Origin: Candidatus Caccopulliclostridium gallistercoris
GTDB taxonomy: Bacteria; Bacillota; Clostridia; Christensenellales; UBA1242
Reading direction: 5' to 3'
NCBI GenBank assembly: GCA_018713725.1
Contig: DVOJ01000015.1
Span: 9,402-73,401, forward strand
Length of the DNA: 64,000 nt
Shown: piece after piece, positions 11,173 to 18,931 of the stretch
How positions within the stretch are numbered: position 1 is the stretch's first letter
How the letters are laid out: each line of letters opens with the position of its first letter
The notes under the pieces: generated by a model
What the model saw: only the letters and a program-made list of their open reading frames with translations
What the model was told of the DNA's origin: nothing
Databases searched by the model: none
Position numbers and translations under genes: made by a program

Positions 11173-12389
11173 AGTTCAATGATACCTTGTTCAATAAGAA
11201 CTTTAATTTTCATCTCTTCAAGAACTTTCATGTGCTGTGCAAAGTAGTCCATAGCTTCCTGTTGCACCTTTTCACTTAATCTCATGCTTTGGTCAAATAT
11301 ATATTCATCTTTTCTGCGTTGCAAACGCTTTTTTGCCAAGCGAGATTTTACTTGTATATCAAAGTATTTAATTTCGTTGCTTATGCTTAAAATATTTTTA
11401 ATTGCAATATTTCCAAGTCTGCGATACAAATCGCTTAAATATTTATCATAAAGAACGACTTTCTTAGGATCTATTTTACTATTTGCACACATTCTTCGAA
11501 TAGAGTTGTCTTTTTCTTGAAGCAATGTTAAAAAAGTTCTAAAAACTGCGTTTGTCTTATCATCTTGTTTGATTATTAAATCTATCAAGTGATTTATGTC
11601 ATTTTTTAAAAACATCATATTTTCGCTATCATAAGAGATTCGTCCATCTGATGGCAAAAGTATTAAGATCTTTTTTAGCATTTTTAGACTTTCTCCTTTT
11701 TTTATTGTTTTTTTGATATTTTTCTTTATTTTTTCAGTTAATTCCTGTCTTTTTGTGTAAATTTTTTCATTTATTTTAGAATTTGTTAGATAAGACTCAA
11801 TATCAATTTTTATTTTGTTAATGGAATATTGGCTTACTTGACCATAAGAAAAACATAATTCTTTTTTAGTTTTTCGATATTTGAGAGGCTCTTTTTCATA
11901 AAAAGAATAGTGTATGTGTCTATGGTCAGTATTTGTATGCAATCCTGCACACCAAACAATGTTTTTAGGATCAAAACCTGCTTGTTTTAAAAACTTGGGG
12001 AATTCTTTTAACATAAGGTTGTAAGCCGACTCATAGTCATTGCAATATTTCTTTCCGAAGAATTCTTCAAAACTTATAAGTCCGTGCCAAATAGGACTTT
12101 TCGTGTTTCTAAATCCCTTTTTTAGTTCAGCAAGTTGTTCTTTACTGCATAAGCCATCTTTATCAAAAAGCCCCGTGCTTTTTTCGTGATTGCCCGAATA
12201 GTCAACAAAGTCTATTTTCTTTTCGCTACCATTGTTTACATAATTCAGGTAGTTGTAGTTATCTCTGCAAGAATAAAACAGCCTTTCCTTTCGGTATCTT
12301 TGATAAAGTTTGTCATTTACTCCATAACCATCAAGGCAGGGTACTGAATGAATAAAGAAGTTTACATTAGGTGTCGCCACGGACATCAA
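11169..12389 (-). CDS. Conjugative relaxase (HUH-type histidine triad)
   Basis: Motif HTNTDHRHIHYSF, with a Tyr-containing N-terminal YNYLNYV. Clear paralog at 36333..37532. Overlaps the T4CP start. Confidence 0.65.
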   Translation of the reverse strand: MMSVATPNVNFFIHSVPCLDGYGVNDKLYQRYRKERLFYSCRDNYNYLNYVNNGSEKKIDFVDYSGNHEKSTGLFDKDGLCSKEQLAELKKGFRNTKSPIWHGLISFEEFFGKKYCNDYESAYNLMLKEFPKFLKQAGFDPKNIVWCAGLHTNTDHRHIHYSFYEKEPLKYRKTKKELCFSYGQVSQYSINKIKIDIESYLTNSKINEKIYTKRQELTEKIKKNIKKTIKKGESLKMLKKILILLPSDGRISYDSENMMFLKNDINHLIDLIIKQDDKTNAVFRTFLTLLQEKDNSIRRMCANSKIDPKKVVLYDKYLSDLYRRLGNIAIKNILSISNEIKYFDIQVKSRLAKKRLQRRKDEYIFDQSMRLSEKVQQEAMDYFAQHMKVLEEMKIKVLIEQGIIEL

Positions 12390-12825
12390 ATTCCTTAATC
12401 AAAGCGTCAGTAACTCTTTCAAAGTTTTCAGGAAGTTCGTCAAAGAAACCTCGATTGTATGAGTCGATTGAAATACCTTTGTCTTGTGCTATTCTAAAAA
12501 TTATGTTGTATAGTCTAGAAATGAGTGTTTGATTTTCTTTTCCTATCACATAACTTTCTTTGTAGTGGTTGTAGCCAACATCTACAAACCTATCAAGCAT
12601 TGAGGTCAATCGTTTCATCTCGTCAAAGATTTTGCCAGACTTTAGCATATCTTTAACATTTTCATTTTCAGCTATGATAGACTCCATCCCTCGTTTTAGT
12701 ACATCTACCACAAATGAATTTTGTGTTGTGTAAAACTTACAATTTTGTTCCCATAATTTATCTAGTTTTTCTATATCACGAGAATCATAGAGACGCACTG
12801 TAAGTTTCAGCAAGCTATCTTTCAT
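12367..12825 (-). CDS. Relaxase partner protein (possible relaxosome accessory factor)
   Basis: 152 aa overlapping the relaxase start. A distant counterpart of the same size and position is at 37522..37983. The N-terminal strand-helix (KLTVRLYD) is compatible with an RHH fold, but this is unproven. Confidence 0.3.
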   Translation of the reverse strand: MKDSLLKLTVRLYDSRDIEKLDKLWEQNCKFYTTQNSFVVDVLKRGMESIIAENENVKDMLKSGKIFDEMKRLTSMLDRFVDVGYNHYKESYVIGKENQTLISRLYNIIFRIAQDKGISIDSYNRGFFDELPENFERVTDALIKEFDVRGDT

Positions 12826-12858
12826 ATTTCCTCCTAAAATATTTTTGTTTTGTAGTCA

Positions 12859-12885
12859 GCTTCCGTTTCTCTAAACAACGGAAGC
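12859..12885. promoter_or_regulatory. 9-bp-stem inverted repeat upstream of the accessory/relaxase genes
   Basis: GCTTCCGTT-N9-AACGGAAGC, with no adjacent T-run on either strand. Could be an operator or part of an oriT. Confidence 0.3.
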
Positions 12886-12941
12886 CTTTCCAAAACTAAC
12901 TCATTGCCCCTCTATATAAGGCAGACTTGTTGCATAATAAA

Positions 12942-13469
12942 CTAGATTTCATCAGCAAATTTTCTTAATTTTGCAATAATTTTTGCTATATCTCTGCCAA
13001 TAGTTGACCTATTTAGTCCAAAAATTTTTGCTATTTCTGATTTACTAAAATCAAGATAATAGTAGAGAAATATAGTAAATAACTCGCCAAAAGTGAATTC
13101 TTTGAAGTGATTTTTAAAAATTTTTGAAATAATTTGCGATTTTTCTCTCATTTCGTAAATTTTGTTGCATGCCTCCTGCAGTGCATCTTCCAAATTGAGT
13201 TCAAATTCACTAGGCTCATAGTCTAAGTCAAAGTCCTGTTCATTAACTGGATCGTCAGTTCTGTTATTGTATGGACATTCGTTTCTAGCAATCTCATCGT
13301 TTTGTCTTTTATCAAACTCGTCCATCTCCATTAGTGCAACTTTGATTTTTCTTTTGTCGTGAATTACAACTTTCCTGTTGTGTAGTTTGTCAAAATATTC
13401 AAAGTCTATAATCTCGTCTTGATCAAGTAGTTTTTCTTGTTCGAGTGGTGTTAATTTTTTTCTTCTCAT
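12942..13469 (-). CDS. Sigma-70 region-4-like HTH protein
   Basis: C-terminal SKSEIAKIFGLNRSTIGRDIAKIIAKLRKF resembles a sigma region 4 HTH. Confidence 0.4.
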   Translation of the reverse strand: MRRKKLTPLEQEKLLDQDEIIDFEYFDKLHNRKVVIHDKRKIKVALMEMDEFDKRQNDEIARNECPYNNRTDDPVNEQDFDLDYEPSEFELNLEDALQEACNKIYEMREKSQIISKIFKNHFKEFTFGELFTIFLYYYLDFSKSEIAKIFGLNRSTIGRDIAKIIAKLRKFADEI

Positions 13470-13816
13470 AAATCTATCTCCTTAAATTCTAGATTGGTGG
13501 ATAGTTTGTTTATGAAAGACTTAATTCTTGGGTTAGAATCCTGCAACGATTCCAACTTACTTATGATGAGTTGCAGATCATCAGATGTAAGTTTTTCAAT
13601 ACTGACTTTTTTGTCAGGTATCAATCTTATTCCACCTCGCTTATCTCCACCATGAAAGGATTCAATGTTATAGCGATATGAAAGTGATTGAATATGACGA
13701 TAGGCGGTTATTCTGCTGACTTCGACTTCATCTGCAATTTCTTGCAGGGTATGAAATTTTCCGTCAGAAATAAAATGCAAAATATCAGCTATGATGCTTG
13801 AACTTCTGACATTCAT
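13466..13816 (-). CDS. Winged-HTH regulator
   Basis: TLQEIADEVEVSRITAYRHIQSL is HTH-like. First gene of the regulatory/mobilization gene string. Confidence 0.5.
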   Translation of the reverse strand: MNVRSSSIIADILHFISDGKFHTLQEIADEVEVSRITAYRHIQSLSYRYNIESFHGGDKRGGIRLIPDKKVSIEKLTSDDLQLIISKLESLQDSNPRIKSFINKLSTNLEFKEIDL

Positions 13817-13866
13817 ATCGCTTTACACCTCCTTTTATGATTTTGATAACTTGATCTTAGCAACCC

Positions 13867-13891
13867 CGTGTTATCAGCATTTGATAACACG
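13867..13891. promoter_or_regulatory. Perfect 10-5-10 hairpin/palindrome of the same architecture as the IME array units
   Basis: CGTGTTATCA-GCATT-TGATAACACG followed by ACGAGAAAACTTTTT. Lies 50 bp upstream of the HTH gene start. A TGATAAC half-site repeats at 13846-13852. Confidence 0.7.
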
Positions 13892-14278
13892 AGAAAACTT
13901 TTTCAAATTTTTTTAATTCAGAGGCTATAAAAAAGAAAGCCCCAATTTCAGGAGATAAAACATCTCGTAGAAATCAGGGCTTTCCTAATTAAATTTTTAC
14001 TAAATAATATTTTATTTTGAAATGATATTAAAAACAAAATTCTCCTTAAAAATATAAAATTTAATGATATTTTTTTAATTTTTTGCTATTTTTTGTGTAA
14101 TTTTTTCAATTTACACTTTAATTTTACATTATTTTTCATTTAGAGAATTTGAAATAAAACACTATTAAAGTAAAAACTTATCTTATTTTGTCAAATAAAA
14201 AAGCCTTTGTTCCATAAGATAGTTTTATCAATTTTGATACACGCTGGTATCTTATGGTTCAAAGACCTAATTGGAATT

Positions 14279-14473
14279 TTAATCATTAAATCCTAAGACT
14301 ATATATACAAGTTTACCACAAGAGTGGCATTTGCTTTGCATTGTTTTAGCTTTTGCTTTGTCGGATTTGGGTGGACTTTTTAATAGTTTTATGTGGCAAT
14401 GTTCAAAATCAGAAGAGTGAACTTTGCCAATCCGTTTCTTGCAGTGTGGGCACAACATGTCGTCTTCAAACAT
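14279..14473 (-). CDS. Small zinc-ribbon protein
   Basis: 64 aa with CPHC...CHSC pairs, downstream of the LexA-like gene on the same strand. Confidence 0.4.
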   Translation of the reverse strand: MFEDDMLCPHCKKRIGKVHSSDFEHCHIKLLKSPPKSDKAKAKTMQSKCHSCGKLVYIVLGFND

Positions 14474-14499
14474 TTTTAAACACCTCCAATATTAAAATG

Positions 14500-15096
14500 T
14501 TAAAAATTGTGAATGCAACTGATGACTTTTCCAAGAATTTGTACATTGTCTACAATGATGTCTTTATATTCTTTGTTCTCAGGATGTAGTACAATTCTAT
14601 TTCTTTTTTTGAAAAATCTTTTTACGGTTGCTTCTTCATCGATTAGTGCTACAACTATATCTCCATCATCTGCATTCTGACATTTTCGAACTACAAGGAT
14701 ATCTTTGTCTTTTATCCCTGCATCGATCATGCTTTGTCCTTTTGCGTGGAGAAGAAATGTTTCGCCAGTTCCAAAAATATCAGCAGGTAGAGAATAAGTA
14801 CCCTCAATATTTTCAACAGCAAGAATGGGCTGTCCACAAGTAACCGTGCCAAGCAACGGGGCGATAATTGTTCGGTCTGGGTTTAACCTGCGGGAGATTT
14901 TGATCCCACCAAAATCATTCTTCTGAATCTTGCCATCAGCTTCAAGCCTGCCAACATATCTGAAAACACTAGCAAGGTTAGTAAATCTCATTGCTTTCAT
15001 TATTGTTCGATATGATGGTGACTTGCCATTTTGAGTTTGATACTTATTGATAAATTCTAAAAGTTCTGCCAATTTTCTTTCGTTTAAAGTTTTCAT
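14500..15096 (-). CDS. lexA: LexA-family S24 self-cleaving repressor
   Basis: N-terminal wHTH, cleavage-site region VTCGQP, catalytic GQSM (Ser) and VKRF (Lys). ATG at 15096 with a GGAG upstream is preferred over the GTG at 15108. Confidence 0.85.
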   Translation of the reverse strand: MKTLNERKLAELLEFINKYQTQNGKSPSYRTIMKAMRFTNLASVFRYVGRLEADGKIQKNDFGGIKISRRLNPDRTIIAPLLGTVTCGQPILAVENIEGTYSLPADIFGTGETFLLHAKGQSMIDAGIKDKDILVVRKCQNADDGDIVVALIDEEATVKRFFKKRNRIVLHPENKEYKDIIVDNVQILGKVISCIHNF

Positions 15097-15110
15097 ATCT
15101 TTCTCCACAA

Positions 15111-15131
15111 AACGAAACTATCCGTTTCGTT
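15111..15131. promoter_or_regulatory. Palindromic operator candidate (SOS-box-like)
   Basis: AACGAAAC-N5-GTTTCGTT immediately upstream of the LexA-like gene. Resembles the Gram-positive CGAAC-N4-GTTCG box with altered spacing. Confidence 0.5.
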
Positions 15132-15199
15132 ATGCACATATAATAGCAAAACACAACACCTAAAAAACGGATTTTAAGAAAAAAACTTTAAAAATTTTC

Positions 15200-15221
15200 A
15201 AAAAAGACCTCAGCTGAGGTC
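15200..15221 (-). terminator. Intrinsic terminator
   Basis: GACCTCAGCTGAGGTC followed by a T-run on the minus strand, just after the 15241..15768 stop. Confidence 0.55.
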
Positions 15222-15240
15222 CATTTTAAAATGCATGATA

Positions 15241-15768
15241 TTAAAAATCATATAAAGTAGTCGTATCTGAAACTTTGATATAATATCTTTCAAATAATGA
15301 GGTGTTTTTTATATCTAATTTATAAACACCAATAAATGTAAAACTATCTCCATTCTTTTCAAAAACTGCTTTATAAGCATACTCAAAGGTTTTACCGAGA
15401 TTAGATGGTGGATTTGCTTTATCTCCAACAAAATTTTCTTTAATTCTTCCATCTTTTAAAAAGACATCTTTCCATCCAGCTCGTTCAATTCCATCAAGTG
15501 CAATAATCCACATATAATAAGTATTTGTTAATTTATATGTTGCCTGAACCCACTTTTGTAGATTAGTTCCAATAAGATAGTTTATCAATTTATAATTTTT
15601 ACTTAAAGGAAAAGTATCTCCAGTTTTGATAACTTCATTTCTTTTTGTGTTTTTCATAAAATTATCTTCTTCAGTATCAGGATTTATTTTCTTTTTGCAA
15701 ATTTCACAAACGTCTTCATCTTCTTTTATATAATTTAATTCACATTGTGGACATTTTTTATATTTCAT
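15241..15768 (-). CDS. Zinc-ribbon protein with an unknown C-terminal domain
   Basis: N-terminal CPQC...CEIC. No recognisable catalytic motif. Confidence 0.4.
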   Translation of the reverse strand: MKYKKCPQCELNYIKEDEDVCEICKKKINPDTEEDNFMKNTKRNEVIKTGDTFPLSKNYKLINYLIGTNLQKWVQATYKLTNTYYMWIIALDGIERAGWKDVFLKDGRIKENFVGDKANPPSNLGKTFEYAYKAVFEKNGDSFTFIGVYKLDIKNTSLFERYYIKVSDTTTLYDF

Positions 15769-15790
15769 TAATCACTCCATAATAGTTTAG

Positions 15791-15827
15791 TTTTTCTTTT
15801 ATCTCAAAAAGAGAGGCAATAAGTATT
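15791..15827 (+). repeat. 37-bp perfect direct repeat, copy A
   Basis: TTTTTCTTTTATCTCAAAAAGAGAGGCAATAAGTATT, identical to 30823-30859. Lies immediately 3' of the res stop. Confidence 0.9.
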
Positions 15828-18800
15828 AATTTATGCTTTTCATAACATTAAGTAAATCTTCGTAACTTGTTACATCGTGGTATCGAACTTTACTTGTAGA
15901 TAGTTCATTAAACAGCTTTCTTGCACATTTTATCTTTGCTTGTTCAATTGGTCTAAGTTCAAGTGATTCCATTGTTCCTTTTGTTTCTGCAACAAAATAA
16001 ATATGCTTTATTCCATACCCATCATTGAATGCAATTGCCCAGTCAGGTGCGTAGTTGCCAACAGGGGTAGGTATTTGGAACGATCTTGGAAGCTTTGCGT
16101 AAACACAAACCTCGTCAGCTTTGTCTAGATCTTCAGCAAATCTTCTTTCTACTGAATTTTCAGCAGTTCCATCCGTAAACACATAGTCCTGAACAGCCTT
16201 TTTAGCCCTGAAAGCTTTGTTAAAATCAGCTTTTGTTTGGTTTGCTGTAAATATATCAGTGTCGTATGTTCCGTCCGTTACATTGTAGGTTACATGGTCG
16301 ATTATCATTGTTGCTTTTTGTTCGTTTATAAGTCTAATTACCTTTGAAATAAATTCTTCAGGATTAAGTTTATACATATAGAATTTTGCCGGGCTTATTC
16401 CCTGTAATATCCTTACAATTGTCTTTCTTGTAAGAGTTGTGCCTGCGACGATTTTACCAATTAAATCGTATTTTGTACTATCTGCTCCTGCACTAGTTAT
16501 ACTTTCTGTTCTTGTTTTAGTAGCACCGAACGAATCTCCTCGTTTCACTTGGTTTTCGTCCATAACTCTTCTTTGTTCGCCAATTGTTACTGTGTACTTC
16601 ATCTCTGCAACAAATAGTTTATCATCTATATGTGCAATAGATTTTTTGATAAGTTCTTCGCTGTCAAACTCCACTTTGTATGTGTATTTGTGATTGATAT
16701 AATTCCATAATGTTTGGAACTCTTTCTTTGCAAAGTTGTCGTTGAGTGCATTATCAATAACAGTGGTTTGATTGCCATTTTCAATCATTCCATCAAGTGC
16801 TTTTTCATCAAAGATGCCCTGTACAAGTTTGTGAATGCCTTCAGTATAAGGTGCAAGAATAGCAGGCATTTCTTTGAATGCACCATTTTCTTTGTCTGCA
16901 AAGTAACTTTCAGTAAGCTTATTGTCTTTATCTACATAGCCACTAAATCTAAGATAACTTTGAATGTCAGTTGCAAGTTGTGTGTCAACCTGAATTGTAT
17001 TAGTGCCATCGCTAACAAATTTGCCCTTGAAGTATTCCACAGTTGCTCTTGTAGGTCTATCTGAAAGGTTAGCTTTAATATCCTTTTGAATATCTGCAAC
17101 AAAGTCCTTATAACTATCAGTTGCAACAACTGTAAGCATATTTATTTTGTGGAAGTTGTTTCCAGTGGTAGCACAATAATGTGCATCAGCTCTATCTCCA
17201 AGCATATTGACAGCAATACGAAGCCCACGACCAACTTCTTGTCGTTTTGCAACAGCAGATTCTCCACCAGGCTTCAATGCACAAATTTGGAATACATTTG
17301 GGTTATCCCATCCCTCACGAAGTGCAGAGTGGGAGAATATAAATCTCGTTGGCTCTTCAAAAGACAACAATCTCTCTTTGTTTTTCAAAATTAAATCATA
17401 TGCAGAAATGTCGTCCGAACCTGTTTCTTTGTTATCTTTTGAGTCTATCATTCTGCCTGTTTTCTTATCAACAGAGAAGTAGCCTTTGTGAGTATCTTCA
17501 ACTGCAATACTCTTTAAATATTTAATGTATGGTGTTTCAAATAAGGTCAAATATTCGTTTAATACTTTTACATATTCTTGTTCAAACATTCTTGCGTATT
17601 CGCCTTTTTCGTCAGGCTGATCATAATCTCTATACTTTTTAACCTCATCAATAAAGAATAGGGAAAGGCACTTTATACCTTTGTTATAAAGCATTTCTTC
17701 TTTTTCAAAGTGAGAACGAATTGTTTCTCTTATCTGCACTCTACGAATGTCTTTGTCTGAAATATCTCCAATAACTTCGCCAATCTTAATCTCTATATCA
17801 TTTAAGAATGTAACAGAGTTTGTGAATGGATTGATTTCTTTGATAACATATCCATTTTTGTATTGTTCCATTTCATTGGAAAGGCTATATAAGTTTCTTT
17901 CAACGCCTAATATTCTTGTTTCTCGGTTAATTGACTTGTTGTAGTTAATTTCAAATTCAAGTTTTGCCATTGGTGGTTTGTTTTTAGATAAAACAATGTC
18001 TTGAAGATATAGATATCCATTTGTTCCACGCAGGTTTTTAATTTCAAAACCTTTAACTTGAATTTTCTTAACAAGTTTTTTGTTGTATGCATCCAAAGCA
18101 TCTAGAGAATAGACTAGGTTGTGGTGTTTTCTATGGGTTGCAGAGAAGTTCATATTGAATAGTGGGTTAAACTTTTTAAGTGAGGTTTGGGTTGCCTCTC
18201 CACCAAGTTTTTGTGGCTCGTCAATGATAAGTATTGGTCTTGTCTTTGCCACAACATCAATAGGTCGGCGAGACTGGAATTCGTCAAGCACCATGTCAAT
18301 TCTTCGAGCATCTGCACCACGAGCATTGAAAGCCTGTGCATTGATTATCATTACTTGAATATCACTAGAAGAGGCAAAACTATCTAGTTCAGACAGTCTT
18401 TTGCTGTTGTAAATAAAATATCTTGCTTTCTTGCCATACTGATCCATAAAGTGATCTTCCATCATTTCAAACGACTTTTTGACGCCCTCACGAATAGCGA
18501 TGCTCGGAACAACTATGATAAATTTACTCCAACCATATCTTTGATTGAGTTCAAAAATTGTCTTTATGTAAACATAGGTTTTACCAGTTCCTGTTTCCAT
18601 TTCAATATCAAGCGAGCACCTGCCAAGCCCTCGAACGAGTTCTTCAGACTCTTTGTAGTTGTTATCTTGCTGAATTTTCTTGATGTTTGCAAAAATATCT
18701 GCATCTTCAAGCACGATTTTGGCATTCTCAAAGCCATCGTCATTTATCTCAAATGCACCTGTATCTATCATATCAATCTGAGCCTCGACCTTTTTACGCC

Positions 18801-18918
18801 TAATACCCAAATCTCTTGTATATCTAACCATGTCAAAATAAGGTTGTCCTTTAAACACCTTGCAAATGTTATTTACAGCATCCTGCTGATATGGTTGTGT
18901 TTTAAATTTGAATTTCAT
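15826..18918 (-). CDS. res: Type III restriction enzyme Res subunit (helicase-nuclease)
   Basis: Helicase motifs METGTGKTY, IIDEPQK, FSATH, LREGWDNPNV. C-terminal PD...ExK (APDWAI...VAETKG). ATG at 18918 with a GAGG RBS is preferred. Confidence 0.85.
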   Translation of the reverse strand: MKFKFKTQPYQQDAVNNICKVFKGQPYFDMVRYTRDLGIRRKKVEAQIDMIDTGAFEINDDGFENAKIVLEDADIFANIKKIQQDNNYKESEELVRGLGRCSLDIEMETGTGKTYVYIKTIFELNQRYGWSKFIIVVPSIAIREGVKKSFEMMEDHFMDQYGKKARYFIYNSKRLSELDSFASSSDIQVMIINAQAFNARGADARRIDMVLDEFQSRRPIDVVAKTRPILIIDEPQKLGGEATQTSLKKFNPLFNMNFSATHRKHHNLVYSLDALDAYNKKLVKKIQVKGFEIKNLRGTNGYLYLQDIVLSKNKPPMAKLEFEINYNKSINRETRILGVERNLYSLSNEMEQYKNGYVIKEINPFTNSVTFLNDIEIKIGEVIGDISDKDIRRVQIRETIRSHFEKEEMLYNKGIKCLSLFFIDEVKKYRDYDQPDEKGEYARMFEQEYVKVLNEYLTLFETPYIKYLKSIAVEDTHKGYFSVDKKTGRMIDSKDNKETGSDDISAYDLILKNKERLLSFEEPTRFIFSHSALREGWDNPNVFQICALKPGGESAVAKRQEVGRGLRIAVNMLGDRADAHYCATTGNNFHKINMLTVVATDSYKDFVADIQKDIKANLSDRPTRATVEYFKGKFVSDGTNTIQVDTQLATDIQSYLRFSGYVDKDNKLTESYFADKENGAFKEMPAILAPYTEGIHKLVQGIFDEKALDGMIENGNQTTVIDNALNDNFAKKEFQTLWNYINHKYTYKVEFDSEELIKKSIAHIDDKLFVAEMKYTVTIGEQRRVMDENQVKRGDSFGATKTRTESITSAGADSTKYDLIGKIVAGTTLTRKTIVRILQGISPAKFYMYKLNPEEFISKVIRLINEQKATMIIDHVTYNVTDGTYDTDIFTANQTKADFNKAFRAKKAVQDYVFTDGTAENSVERRFAEDLDKADEVCVYAKLPRSFQIPTPVGNYAPDWAIAFNDGYGIKHIYFVAETKGTMESLELRPIEQAKIKCARKLFNELSTSKVRYHDVTSYEDLLNVMKSIN

Positions 18919-18931
18919 ATATTTTTTCCTC

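Noticed and set aside
14353-14843. Plus-strand ORFs 14353..14589 and 14628..14843
   Set aside because: They are antisense to the zinc-ribbon and LexA-like genes, which have clear motifs.
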